From positions 21,190 to 85,189 of the forward strand of contig JBAYKP010000002.1 in the NCBI GenBank assembly GCA_041664465.1: DNA of 64,000 bases, in the 5' to 3' direction. Below, one piece after another: positions 47,707 through 57,174 of this stretch (positions are counted from its first letter, which is position 1; each line of letters opens with the position of its first letter). This DNA is from Minisyncoccota bacterium (GTDB lineage: Bacteria; Patescibacteriota; Minisyncoccia; Phycocordibacterales; UBA9973). Under the pieces are notes generated by a model. That model saw nothing but the letters and a program-made list of their open reading frames with translations, searched no databases and was not told the origin of the DNA. The translations under genes were made by a program, and so were the position numbers.

Positions 47707-47742
47707 CTGCCCAGATAGGGGTTAAACCCCTATCTGGGCAGT
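47707..47742 (+). terminator. Long hairpin ctgcccagataggggtt-aa-acccctatctgggcag after ftsH
   Basis: Read directly. Core identical to the hairpin at 18368-18390. Confidence 0.5.
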
Positions 47743-47785
47743 TGCTTATTAGACACTTTTTCGGTAATATATGAGTGTTGGATAT

Positions 47786-47858
47786 CCGCACTTAGCTCAG
47801 TTGGTAGAGCAATCCGCTTATACCGGATCGGTCCTAGGTTCAAGTCCTAGAGTGCGGA
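47786..47858 (+). tRNA. tRNA, anticodon TAT by manual fold (tRNA-Ile UAU)
   Basis: Manual cloverleaf: acceptor ccgcact/agtgcgg, D arm agctcagttggtagagc, anticodon stem atccg/cggat with loop cttatac, T arm ctagg-ttcaagt-cctag, discriminator A. No encoded CCA. Confidence 0.65.
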
Positions 47859-47863
47859 CAATT

Positions 47864-50167
47864 TTATTCAAAATGCAATTTTAGGTTTTTGTCGGTGAGA
47901 GTTTTCGAGAGGAGAGGGGAGGATTTGAGATATACATCAGAAGTGATCATTTTGATGGCTTCGGTACGGGCGGCTTCCACCATTTTTATATTCTTTATAG
48001 CTTCCATTCCGAGGTCGGTGATGCCCCATTGTTTATCGCCAGAGAGAAGTCCTGCTCCGCGGAGTGTTAGATCAAGCTCTGCCAATTCAAATCCATTAGC
48101 TGCTTTGGTTAAGGCTTTTAATCTGTCTATTGTTTTGTCACTCTTAGCATCGGCAAACAAATAACAATATGACTGGTATGTGGAGCGGATAACTCGTCCA
48201 CGAAGCTGATGAAGCTGTGCGAGGCCAAATCTCTCTGCTCCTTCTATTATGATGACTGTGGCATTAGGGACGTTTACCCCTACTTCTATTACAGAAGTAG
48301 AAACGAGAATATCTATTTTCTTTTCAGCGAAATCTTTCATCACTTTCTCTTTCTTCTCTTTGCTCATTTTACTGTGCATGATATCTATATTGTAATTTGG
48401 GAAGATATCTTTTTTCAGTCTTTTTGCTTCTGAGGTAACGGCTCGTAGGTCGGACAGAGTATTCCCGTCAGCACGCGATAAAATTCTGCTGAATTTTTCG
48501 CTAGTACTCGGCCCGTCGGCCTCCGTAATGCTTCCTGGAACACTCTGTCCGACCTCCTCGCCTTTCCCTAAAACACTTTCTCCGAGCTCCTCTCCGATTT
48601 TCGGACAAATTACATAAAGCTGTCTACCAGCTTCTAATTCCTTTTTAATTTTCTCATAAGAACTTTCTCTTTTATTCTCTGGCACAATTTCTGTAATGAC
48701 TTGTTTACGTCCCGCGGGCATCTCATCAATGATGCTTAAGTCCAAGTCTCCGTATATAGTGAGAGCGAGAGTACGGGGAATGGGAGTAGCAGTCATAGAG
48801 AGGTAGTGCGGTGCGTGGCCGTGCTTCTTCACTAGTTTCATTCTTTGATTCGTGCCAAAGCGGTGCTGTTCATCTATTATGACTAATCCTAAATCTTTGA
48901 ATTCTACAGATTTTGATATGAGTGCATGAGTGCCTATCACTATCGGTATCTCACCATTTTTAATCCATTTCAAAAGTTGATTTTTAGATATAGTGGTCCA
49001 AGTTTTCACTTGTGTACCTTTCTCCCACGGAGCCGATTTACTTGGGAATTTACGGCATCCAGAGCCTGTCATAAGAGCGATAGAGATACCAGTGTGTTCA
49101 AAATACTGGATAAAATTCTCATAAAGTTGCGTTGCAAGTACTTCCGTCGGAGCCATATAAGCTACCTGTAAATTTCCATATTCTCCATACTGAGAAGTTC
49201 CGGTTGTGTTCTTGATTACAGCATAAGCGACAGTTGCTGCCACGAAAGTTTTCCCACTTCCTACGTCTCCTTCAATAAGACGAGACATTGGCTTATCTTT
49301 TATAAAGTCTTCTAGTATCGTATCTATCGCACTTGTTTGGGCCTTGGTCGGAGTAAAAGGGAAACGTCCAACGAAGTCAGTAATATCTTTGTGTGGAATT
49401 TTAAGTTTGTATGAAAAGTTTTCTTGATATTTCTTTTTTTCTTGTTGGCGAGAAAGTTGAATGAAAAACACTTCCTCAAAGGCAAATCTTTTGCGTGCTA
49501 TTTCGGCATGCTCTTTCTTAGCTGGCATGTGGACCCAGATCAAAGCTGTGTGTAAAGCGGGTAATTTGTAAGTATTTAATATTTCACTTGGGATATAATC
49601 TACTATATCTTTCACACAACCTTGCTTCAATATCTTCTGTATAGCATGATAGAACCATTTAGAAGTGATGCCACGACTTTCTCGATAAACAGGGAAGCCG
49701 AATTGCGTTTCCACTCCTTTATTACTCCAAAGTGAATCGTGAATATCTATCGGCAGGATATCTTCTTTATTTATTTCTGGATTTGTGAGAGTAGGGCCGT
49801 AAGTTTTACTATTTGTAACTTTTCCTGTCACTCGCACAGTTGAGCCTTCTTTAAGCATCTTTGCAAGGTATGGCTGATGGAACCAGATGATATTGATAGA
49901 GCCAGTCAAATCAGAAAGTACAGCCTGCCCCATTGGGATTTTACTTTTGAATCCCTTTTTAGTTTTAAGTCCTGTGAGTTTCCCTAAGATGGTGATGTTC
50001 TCACCTTCTGTTAGAGTATTGATATTTCTAACTTCACTTATATCACTATAACGAGAGGGGAAATGATAAAGTAGGTCTCTCAAAGTTTTGAGTCCAAGCA
50101 CTGATAACGCCTTTTTCTGATTTACATCAAGGCGAAAATGATTTTCAATTTTATCGGTTAGATTCAT
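47864..50167 (-). CDS. recG: ATP-dependent DNA helicase RecG carrying an in-frame repeat-element insertion
   Basis: GDVGSGKT, DEQHRFG, and wedge and helicase motifs. The inserted peptide VPGSITEADGPSTSEKFSRILSRADGN is encoded at 48447-48555. Confidence 0.9.
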   Translation of the reverse strand: MNLTDKIENHFRLDVNQKKALSVLGLKTLRDLLYHFPSRYSDISEVRNINTLTEGENITILGKLTGLKTKKGFKSKIPMGQAVLSDLTGSINIIWFHQPYLAKMLKEGSTVRVTGKVTNSKTYGPTLTNPEINKEDILPIDIHDSLWSNKGVETQFGFPVYRESRGITSKWFYHAIQKILKQGCVKDIVDYIPSEILNTYKLPALHTALIWVHMPAKKEHAEIARKRFAFEEVFFIQLSRQQEKKKYQENFSYKLKIPHKDITDFVGRFPFTPTKAQTSAIDTILEDFIKDKPMSRLIEGDVGSGKTFVAATVAYAVIKNTTGTSQYGEYGNLQVAYMAPTEVLATQLYENFIQYFEHTGISIALMTGSGCRKFPSKSAPWEKGTQVKTWTTISKNQLLKWIKNGEIPIVIGTHALISKSVEFKDLGLVIIDEQHRFGTNQRMKLVKKHGHAPHYLSMTATPIPRTLALTIYGDLDLSIIDEMPAGRKQVITEIVPENKRESSYEKIKKELEAGRQLYVICPKIGEELGESVLGKGEEVGQSVPGSITEADGPSTSEKFSRILSRADGNTLSDLRAVTSEAKRLKKDIFPNYNIDIMHSKMSKEKKEKVMKDFAEKKIDILVSTSVIEVGVNVPNATVIIIEGAERFGLAQLHQLRGRVIRSTYQSYCYLFADAKSDKTIDRLKALTKAANGFELAELDLTLRGAGLLSGDKQWGITDLGMEAIKNIKMVEAARTEAIKMITSDVYLKSSPLLSKTLTDKNLKLHFE
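48447..48555 (+). repeat. Palindromic repeat element copy D, in-frame inside recG, flanked by a perfect 14-bp inverted repeat (aggtcggacagagt / actctgtccgacct)
   Basis: The core at 48461-48542 matches copy C and the cores of copies A and B. Confidence 0.85.
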
Positions 50168-50184
50168 TGTATAATAGACTTTAT

Positions 50185-50565
50185 TTACTTTTTGGGAGTG
50201 GTATTTAATGAATTTATCTTACCGACATCCATTTTCCCGATTTTCTCTTGGTCCATTTTGAATAATCTGACCCCCACATAAATGACGATAGCGATTACAA
50301 TAAAATCTATTCCATTATTTATGAAAACACCATAATGAATTGTCGCTTTATTCAAATGAACAACTTTTGAATTCAAATCATCAACTCCACCTAGTAACCC
50401 ATTTAAAACAGGATTGATAATATCAACGACAAGAGATGAGACAAATTTAGAGATAGCTCCCCCCAGTATGAAACCTATCGCTAAAGTAATTATTCCTTGA
50501 TTCTCCAAGAAATCTTTAAACCCCGCGAATCCTCTAATCTTTTTTAAATTTTGTAATCTTTTCAT
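50185..50565 (-). CDS. mscL: Large-conductance mechanosensitive channel
   Basis: FKDFLENQGIITLAIGFILGGA ... typical MscL. 126 aa. Confidence 0.85.
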   Translation of the reverse strand: MKRLQNLKKIRGFAGFKDFLENQGIITLAIGFILGGAISKFVSSLVVDIINPVLNGLLGGVDDLNSKVVHLNKATIHYGVFINNGIDFIVIAIVIYVGVRLFKMDQEKIGKMDVGKINSLNTTPKK

Positions 50566-50596
50566 AATATTAGTATAGCAAAAAATTACAATTTTG

Positions 50597-50683
50597 CGGA
50601 GCCGGCTGGATTCGAACCAGCGGGGGAATTTACTCCCCGCCTCTTTAGCAAAGAGGTAGATTAAACCACTCTCCCACGGCTCC
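50597..50683 (-). tRNA. tRNA-Ser (anticodon GCT), class II with long variable arm
   Basis: Reverse complement folds as ggagccg ... cctct-ttgctaa-agagg ... long variable arm ... gctgg-ttcgaat-ccagc ... cggctcc-g. Confidence 0.75.
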
Positions 50684-50774
50684 CTAAATACATTTATACC
50701 TTATCATATTTAACATTATTACTCAAAAATTTGGATTTTATATTTCAAGATAAATATGCTAATATGAGAAAACT

Positions 50775-50864
50775 GGATGAGTGGCCGAGAGGCTTAAGGC
50801 AGCGGTTTACTAAACCGCCGTTCTGTAAAAAGAACCGTGAGTTCGAATCTCACCTCATCCGCCA
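50775..50864 (+). tRNA. Class II (long-variable-arm) tRNA with encoded CCA and an atypical anticodon loop (ttactaa; canonical reading gives anticodon ACT)
   Basis: Acceptor ggatgag/ctcatcc, discriminator G, CCA encoded, T arm gtgag-ttcgaat-ctcac, anticodon stem gcggt/accgc. Identity unresolved. Confidence 0.5.
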
Positions 50865-50896
50865 AGGTTTTCGCGAAGCAAAAAGCTTGGCGGATG
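50857..50896 (+). other. Perfect 11-bp hairpin (catccgccaag ... cttggcggatg) overlapping the tRNA 3' end and CCA
   Basis: Read directly. Confidence 0.5.
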
Positions 50897-51001
50897 GGAG
50901 CAAAGTATCTGCATACTTTGCGTGTGAGATGAGAAGACCTTGAATAAATTTTTTGAAATTTAATAATTTAAAAAAATATGAAAGGTGTACAGAATCTGTA
51001 A

Positions 51002-51063
51002 GATTCGAAAAGCGTATTCGCGGTCTCACCTCATCCGCAAAAGTTTTAAAAATTTGGTATAAT
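51002..51063 (+). promoter_or_regulatory. Degenerate copy of the tRNA 3' half (agattcgaa ... ggtctcacctcatccgc) followed by the ccgcaaaagtttt motif and extended -10 tggtataat; promoter of the aldo-keto reductase
   Basis: Sequence comparison with 50840-50864 and with 58619-58652. Confidence 0.4.
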
Positions 51064-51069
51064 CAATTT

Positions 51070-52062
51070 ATGAAATTAAAAGAAACAAACCTTATCTTAA
51101 ATACAGGGGCATCAATGCCCATATTAGGGCTTGGAACATGGAAGTCTCTGCCAAACAAAGTTAAAGAAGCAGTTCTTCATGCTCTTTCAGAATGTGATTA
51201 TCATCATATAGATTGTGCGGCGGTGTATCGTAATGAAAAAGAAATCGGGGAAGCTTTTAAAGAAGTATTTGAAAATAATACAATAAAAAGAGAAGATATT
51301 TTTATTACAAGTAAGCTTTGGAATTCTGAACATAAAAAAGAATATGTAAGAAAAGCATGTGAAGCTACATTGTCTAATTTGAATCTTGAATATTTAGATT
51401 TATATCTTATGCATTGGGGCATTGCTATCCCTCATAAGGAGAATTTAGAAGCCGGATGGACTGTAGAGCTAGGTGATGATGGAGTGATGATAACAGATAA
51501 AGTTTCTATAAGAGAAACGTGGGAAGCCATAGAAGAATTGGTAGAATTGGGACTTGTAAAAGCCATAGGTGTTGCAAACTTTACTACTATGATGCTTATT
51601 GATTTACTTTCTTATGCTAAGATTAAACCCGCAGTGAATCAAATTGAATTACATCCATATTTACAGCAAACAGAATTATTAGAATTTTGTAAGCGTAATG
51701 ATATAATTGTGACAGCTTATTCTCCACTTGGTTCTCCTGGTAACAGGAGTGGTGTAGTTATCAACGGTCATCCTTCTCCAGATAATAAAGATAAGGTATT
51801 ACCTTCCATTTTAGAAGACGATACTATACTTGCGATAGCTTCTTCTCACAATAAAACTCCTGCTCAGATATTAATCCGATGGGGAATACAAAGAGGAACA
51901 ATTGTTATTCCCAAGAGTGTCACCCCTGAGAGAATAAAAGAAAACATAGATGTTTTTGATTTTGGATTATCTGCAGAAGAAATGAATAAAATCGCAGAAT
52001 TAAACAAAAATCTTCGCTTTGTAAATCCACAATCTTTTTGGAAGATACCTTATTTTAAATAA
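51070..52062 (+). CDS. Aldo-keto reductase
   Basis: ILGLGTWKS ... AKR catalytic-tetrad context. The ATG at 51070, 6 nt after the -10, is preferred over the ORF-track start at 50953, which runs through the tRNA-derived sequence. Confidence 0.78.
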   Translation: MKLKETNLILNTGASMPILGLGTWKSLPNKVKEAVLHALSECDYHHIDCAAVYRNEKEIGEAFKEVFENNTIKREDIFITSKLWNSEHKKEYVRKACEATLSNLNLEYLDLYLMHWGIAIPHKENLEAGWTVELGDDGVMITDKVSIRETWEAIEELVELGLVKAIGVANFTTMMLIDLLSYAKIKPAVNQIELHPYLQQTELLEFCKRNDIIVTAYSPLGSPGNRSGVVINGHPSPDNKDKVLPSILEDDTILAIASSHNKTPAQILIRWGIQRGTIVIPKSVTPERIKENIDVFDFGLSAEEMNKIAELNKNLRFVNPQSFWKIPYFK

Positions 52063-52066
52063 ATTT

Positions 52067-52666
52067 ATGAGAAAAATTGGACAAGGGTGGCAATACACAA
52101 CGTATGATTTAGAAAATGGAAGAGTTTTAAAGAAATTTCATTCTTGGATAAAAGCATATTTTGTAATACTAAGAGATATCTTTCCTTTTGATAATGATTC
52201 GTTATTTGAAATTCCAAGTTTTATTAAAGATGTAAAAGGAAAGGCGGATGAATCATTTGAAGTATTGAAAAGAGTTAATATCCCACAAGAATGGATGGCA
52301 AATCCAAGATTTATAAATAAGTATGATTTTGAGCAAGATAAGGTAAAACCACTGCATGAAGTATTCGAAAATTTAGATGCCATTGAAATTAAAAAAATTA
52401 TAGATAAATTTATTGAATTTAATTTAAAATTATTGAACCTTGGTGTTATAGATAAAGGTTTTAATATTACAAAAAATTATGGAATAAATAATGATGGAGA
52501 AATCGTGCTTATTGATATAGGAGAACTCTTTGATGACAAAGAATTAATAAATAAACAACTCAAAGATCGTGGATGGACCCATAGTTATGTAGGAGGATGT
52601 ATAAAAAACAAAGAAGCTCGAGAATATTTTATTAATGAGATGGATAGAAATTTTAGTTTGAATTAA
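52067..52666 (+). CDS. Hypothetical protein (possible small kinase-like fold)
   Basis: No firm motif. Confidence 0.35.
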   Translation: MRKIGQGWQYTTYDLENGRVLKKFHSWIKAYFVILRDIFPFDNDSLFEIPSFIKDVKGKADESFEVLKRVNIPQEWMANPRFINKYDFEQDKVKPLHEVFENLDAIEIKKIIDKFIEFNLKLLNLGVIDKGFNITKNYGINNDGEIVLIDIGELFDDKELINKQLKDRGWTHSYVGGCIKNKEAREYFINEMDRNFSLN

Positions 52667-52669
52667 TCT

Positions 52670-53899
52670 ATGAATAAAAGAAACATATTTCTATGGGCAC
52701 TATATGATTTTGCTAACTCAATCGTAATGATTGTTTTTATGCTATATTTTTCTCAATGGCTTGTAATAGATAAGGGGGTATCAGACTTTTGGTATAACGC
52801 TTCATTTATTTTTTCAACAATATTATTGATTTTAACTGGACCAGTTGTTTCAGTATTAGCTGATAAAAAAGGAAGGTGCTTCTCATTCTTTTATAAAAAT
52901 ACAGTTATTTTATATATATTATATATATTACTGACTTTTATTATTCTCTTTTTCCCCGAACAAAGGATTTTAGCTATCGTTTTATTCATTTTAGGGAATT
53001 TTGCTTATCAATCATCATTTATTTTTTATAATTCTTTTTTAAATGAGATTTCTCAACCAGAAAAAAGAGGTTTTACTTCAGGTATAGGGAATGCTGCTAA
53101 TTGGCTTGGGCAAATTGCTGGTTTATTATTAGTACTTCCATTTGTAAGTGGTAGTCTATATTTATTTGGAGAAACGGGTAGGGCACAAGTTTTCTTACCG
53201 GCCGTAGTATTTTTTATTATTTTATCTCTTCCCATGCTTCTTTTTTACAAGAAACAAAAAATTATAGAACAAACATCAGTTAGTTTCTCTCACATAAAAG
53301 AAGAATATAAAAATGTATTTGTACAAGCTAAAGCATTATTTATAATTCCAGGCGTCTCAATGTTTTTATTAGCTTATTTTTTCTTTAATGATGCAGTTCT
53401 AACTCTTTCAAATAACTTCCCAATTGTTGTTGATAAGGTATTTAACGCTCCTGATATTCAAAAGACATTTTTGCTTATTCTTATTTTAGTAACTTCTGTA
53501 ATTGGTTCGCTTATATGTGGGTCTTTGGGGGATCATTTTGGCTTAAAACGTGTCTTACTTTGGATTTTATTTGGGTGGATAATAATTATTCCTCTTATGG
53601 GAATTAGCCCAAATATTACAATATTAGGAATTCTTGTAACTTTTATGGGTATTTTATTTGGTGGAGTATGGGCTGTTTCTAGAGCATTGCTTTCAAAACT
53701 TATCCCTCTAGATAAATTAAATTATGGTTTTAGTTTTTACACTATTTCAGAACGTTTTGCGTCATTTTTAGGTCCACTTACTTGGTCGGGGATAGTTGTC
53801 TTCACTTCAAAAACAAACGGCTTAAACTACCGTTTTGCAATAATTTCAATGACAATATTTATTATTGTTGGGTTTTTATTTATGAGAAAAGTAAAATGA
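52670..53899 (+). CDS. MFS transporter, Atg22/UMF1-like family
   Basis: WALYDFANS N-terminal signature and 12 predicted TM segments. Confidence 0.65.
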   Translation: MNKRNIFLWALYDFANSIVMIVFMLYFSQWLVIDKGVSDFWYNASFIFSTILLILTGPVVSVLADKKGRCFSFFYKNTVILYILYILLTFIILFFPEQRILAIVLFILGNFAYQSSFIFYNSFLNEISQPEKRGFTSGIGNAANWLGQIAGLLLVLPFVSGSLYLFGETGRAQVFLPAVVFFIILSLPMLLFYKKQKIIEQTSVSFSHIKEEYKNVFVQAKALFIIPGVSMFLLAYFFFNDAVLTLSNNFPIVVDKVFNAPDIQKTFLLILILVTSVIGSLICGSLGDHFGLKRVLLWILFGWIIIIPLMGISPNITILGILVTFMGILFGGVWAVSRALLSKLIPLDKLNYGFSFYTISERFASFLGPLTWSGIVVFTSKTNGLNYRFAIISMTIFIIVGFLFMRKVK

Positions 53900-53940
53900 G
53901 TTACAAGAATTATTCTCTTGAATCATGATATAATAAAACT

Positions 53941-54552
53941 ATGAATCTAAAAGAAAAAATTGACCCAAAATATACAGTCTTGCTTGTAATAGATATACAA
54001 AATGATTTCGCATCTCCAAATGGCTTGCGTGCTAAAAAAGGAGGAGATCTTTCTCTTGTAGAACCTCTTATCGAAAAGTTGTCAAAAATAATTGATATAA
54101 CTAAGAAGGCAGGCGTTCTCACTCTATACACTCAACAAATATATGACCGCTCAAAATTGAATGATTTACAAAAAGAACAATATGATCTTGATGGACGATT
54201 TGTAATGGCAGATATAAATACTGATGGATATAAATTTTACAAAATAAACCCTCCATCTAATTTAGTTTTCCCAAAATATAACTATAATGCTTTTTCAAAC
54301 CCTGATTTACTAAAAACTCTACAAGATCATAATATTAAGACCTTAGTTATTACTGGTATGGATACTTTTTATTGTGTAGAAACTGCAATTCGTAATGGAT
54401 TTGATTTAGGATATAAAATTGTTGTTCCAGAAGATTTAGTTGCTTGTAATGCTAAACACATAGGTTTACATAACAGAACGCTTGAATTAGTAAAAAAGAG
54501 TTATGGAGTTCTTACAAGTTCTTTAGAGTTAGGACAAATTTGGGATAGATAG
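53941..54552 (+). CDS. Isochorismatase-family cysteine hydrolase
   Basis: LLVIDIQNDF, K, and catalytic Cys in ITGMDTFYCVETA. Confidence 0.72.
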   Translation: MNLKEKIDPKYTVLLVIDIQNDFASPNGLRAKKGGDLSLVEPLIEKLSKIIDITKKAGVLTLYTQQIYDRSKLNDLQKEQYDLDGRFVMADINTDGYKFYKINPPSNLVFPKYNYNAFSNPDLLKTLQDHNIKTLVITGMDTFYCVETAIRNGFDLGYKIVVPEDLVACNAKHIGLHNRTLELVKKSYGVLTSSLELGQIWDR

Positions 54553-54605
54553 AAAAGTTGTTATATTTTGAGTTGTTTTGATATAGTTTTAATTATAAAA
54601 ATAAA

Positions 54606-54640
54606 AAGAGAGCAGATATGTTCTGCTCCCTTTTTTAAGT
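54606..54640. terminator. Bidirectional terminator (gagagcaga-tatg-ttctgctc + flanking A and T runs) between convergent genes
   Basis: Read directly. Confidence 0.6.
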
Positions 54641-56479
54641 TAAAGATCTTGCGGATCTATTTATAGGATTTTCCAGAATTGCTGGTATTTGCCAAATTCT
54701 GGAATTTAAATTACTAGTACCAAGTATAATCTTACTTTTTAAATTACGATTTGCCATTCTTACAAATGGCTCTACTTCAATACTGTAAGGCATAGCTCGC
54801 CTCGGGTCTTTTTTAACAATGGCAGAATAAACTTGTAAGACATAATTACCAAGTCCTTCATCTAAAGTCATTTTTAATATTAACTCTAGTGAATCAATAG
54901 AAAGTGGTTTCTTATTATCATACATATTCAACAATCTTGTAATTTCATTATTTTTATACAATGTAATAGCAAAATCATTTGTTTTATCTGACTCCTCATT
55001 TACCCTAGGGATGGAAGACCTAAGACGATAGCATTTACTAATTATTTCTTTTAGTTCCATGCGTGTCTCAGGATTTTGCTCGGCGTGATTTTTGTAGATG
55101 TTGATTATTTGCAAAATTAGATTTGCGTCCATTCTTGTCATAAACTTAGCCCTTCCCCTGATTATTTCAAATAAACTTATCGATTGATTTAAAGTAAATT
55201 TGGTATTCAGAAAATTCAATCTGTTCATTACTAAATTCATACCCTCATCAGACTTTAGAAGTATACAAGTTTTAATAATGTATAAGATGGAAGAACAATG
55301 CATGATTTTTGATACGCTAAACTTAAATAAATCCAAAGCTTCACCATCAAACTTTCTAGTATATGCATTTAATAGTGTAGACAGGATGTTGTGATTAAAT
55401 GGCTGAATGGTATACAACTTTTTTATTTCACTGATGTCTTTAAAAGTTATATTCGGATCTAATTCTTTCTTATCACAAAAAGTAATACCATCGTTTATAA
55501 TCCTTTCTCTTTCCTCGGGAGTTTTTGTTACTAATTCAAGCGGTATTAATTGACCCGTCAATTCAGACAATCGATCTAAAAATACCACGCTGTTACTTTT
55601 TTGAAAAATATTCCAAAGAATAAGACTTTCTGTAGCGACATCATGCTGACTTTTTGCATATAAGCAAATAGGAATCAAAGATTGAATACCTCTTGCAAAA
55701 AGTTCTCTTCGTTTCTGATAGTTTTTCCCCGGAATGTGTAATTTCTCATAGTTCTTTTTAATAAACTCGAGTGGAAAATCTGGCCATGAGAACTTTTCAA
55801 ACGTAGAAAGACTAAAAGATTTTTTGCTGAGTTTTAATTCTGGAATTACTTCAAATATTATACTAGTGATATCATTATCTTTAAGATAAGAATGATACCA
55901 ATATAATGAAATGAGTATTATTTCAGATTTTATTTCAGCTAACTTATTTGCAATTAATCTTAAACTTGATTCTTGAATATTGCCCTTATTCAAGTCACTT
56001 ATGATTCTAAATGATTTAAAAAATAATTCATCCACGTTATGTACTTTCGTGTAGAAATTAAATAATTCATCAATAAGCTTATTTTTCTCCAAGTTATTAG
56101 CTTGATATAAAAATAAAGCTGTAACAGTTTGTACTCCAAGAGGTCGAATAACAAGTAGCATTATTACATTCTTATAAAGTGATAAATAATCTTGATTTTT
56201 TAGAAAATCACTTATAAATTCATTGCTCTTATTCCATCTGGTTTTCATTGCTTCTTCATAATTTAAATTAACATTTGTAATTCCACTTATAATTTCAGCA
56301 ATTTCATCAGACCAATCATCAGCATCTAAACTTGCCACTGCAAGTAATAAAGCCTTTGAATTCTCTTCTTGTTCTAAGTACTTTTTTATTTGGTTAATAA
56401 CTAGGGGAACCTCCATGTCGTGGAGATTTAAGTCGAGAAACTTCTCAACTTGTTCAGTAAAATTGGTAGCTTTTTTCAT
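54635..56479 (-). CDS. Large hypothetical protein (614 aa), no recognised domain
   Basis: Long intact ORF with protein-like composition. Confidence 0.4.
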   Translation of the reverse strand: MKKATNFTEQVEKFLDLNLHDMEVPLVINQIKKYLEQEENSKALLLAVASLDADDWSDEIAEIISGITNVNLNYEEAMKTRWNKSNEFISDFLKNQDYLSLYKNVIMLLVIRPLGVQTVTALFLYQANNLEKNKLIDELFNFYTKVHNVDELFFKSFRIISDLNKGNIQESSLRLIANKLAEIKSEIILISLYWYHSYLKDNDITSIIFEVIPELKLSKKSFSLSTFEKFSWPDFPLEFIKKNYEKLHIPGKNYQKRRELFARGIQSLIPICLYAKSQHDVATESLILWNIFQKSNSVVFLDRLSELTGQLIPLELVTKTPEERERIINDGITFCDKKELDPNITFKDISEIKKLYTIQPFNHNILSTLLNAYTRKFDGEALDLFKFSVSKIMHCSSILYIIKTCILLKSDEGMNLVMNRLNFLNTKFTLNQSISLFEIIRGRAKFMTRMDANLILQIINIYKNHAEQNPETRMELKEIISKCYRLRSSIPRVNEESDKTNDFAITLYKNNEITRLLNMYDNKKPLSIDSLELILKMTLDEGLGNYVLQVYSAIVKKDPRRAMPYSIEVEPFVRMANRNLKSKIILGTSNLNSRIWQIPAILENPINRSARSLT

Positions 56480-56582
56480 AATTTATTTTTTTGTAAGTGA
56501 ACAAAATGTTTTCAATACAATAACATAATTATCCCTATTAGTCAAAATCTGATTATTTTTGAAAATTTGATATAATCTAATT

Positions 56583-57167
56583 GTGATAGAAATTGAAAAA
56601 ATAAAACAAAAATTCGGAGAAAATTTTGAAACAGACGAACAAACTTTTGTAATGGGTATTCATAAAGATTTTGCTAATAAAATTGCCAAAAGATTTTCTA
56701 GGTGTAAAAAAGTTTTGGATTCATGTGCTGGAGCTGGATTTATGTCTATTGTTTTAGCTCAATATGTGGAAGAAGTGATTGCTGTAGATATTGATTCATC
56801 ACATTTAGAGATGGCAAAACACAATGCTTTGATTGCTGGAGTACAAGATAAAATACGTTTTATTCACGGAGATATATTAAATAAAAAGATTTTAGACCAA
56901 ATTGAAAATATTGATGGAGCATTTTTAGATCCAGATTGGTCAATAGAACAGAATAAACGAATTCATGTAACCTCTTTAAAATCTATGATTCCTCAAGCGG
57001 ATTTACTTTTCAAAGAAATATCATTAAAAACAAATAATATAGCTCTTCGTTTGCCAAAGGAATTAAACTTGTCTGAATTAGCTGATTTACCAAAACATGA
57101 AGTAGAAGAAGAAATTATGGAGAATAAGTTGAAATTCTATTCAATATATTTTGGGAATTTAATATAA
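56583..57167 (+). CDS. Class I SAM-dependent methyltransferase, Tgs1/RNA-guanine-N2-methyltransferase-like
   Basis: Motif I VLDSCAGAGF, acidic VIAVDID, and FLDPDWS (a DPPW-like motif). Confidence 0.5.
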   Translation: MIEIEKIKQKFGENFETDEQTFVMGIHKDFANKIAKRFSRCKKVLDSCAGAGFMSIVLAQYVEEVIAVDIDSSHLEMAKHNALIAGVQDKIRFIHGDILNKKILDQIENIDGAFLDPDWSIEQNKRIHVTSLKSMIPQADLLFKEISLKTNNIALRLPKELNLSELADLPKHEVEEEIMENKLKFYSIYFGNLI

Positions 57168-57174
57168 TAAATTT

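Noticed and set aside
50731-50943. ORF 50731-50943 (+)
   Set aside because: It is superimposed on the class II tRNA and its downstream hairpin.
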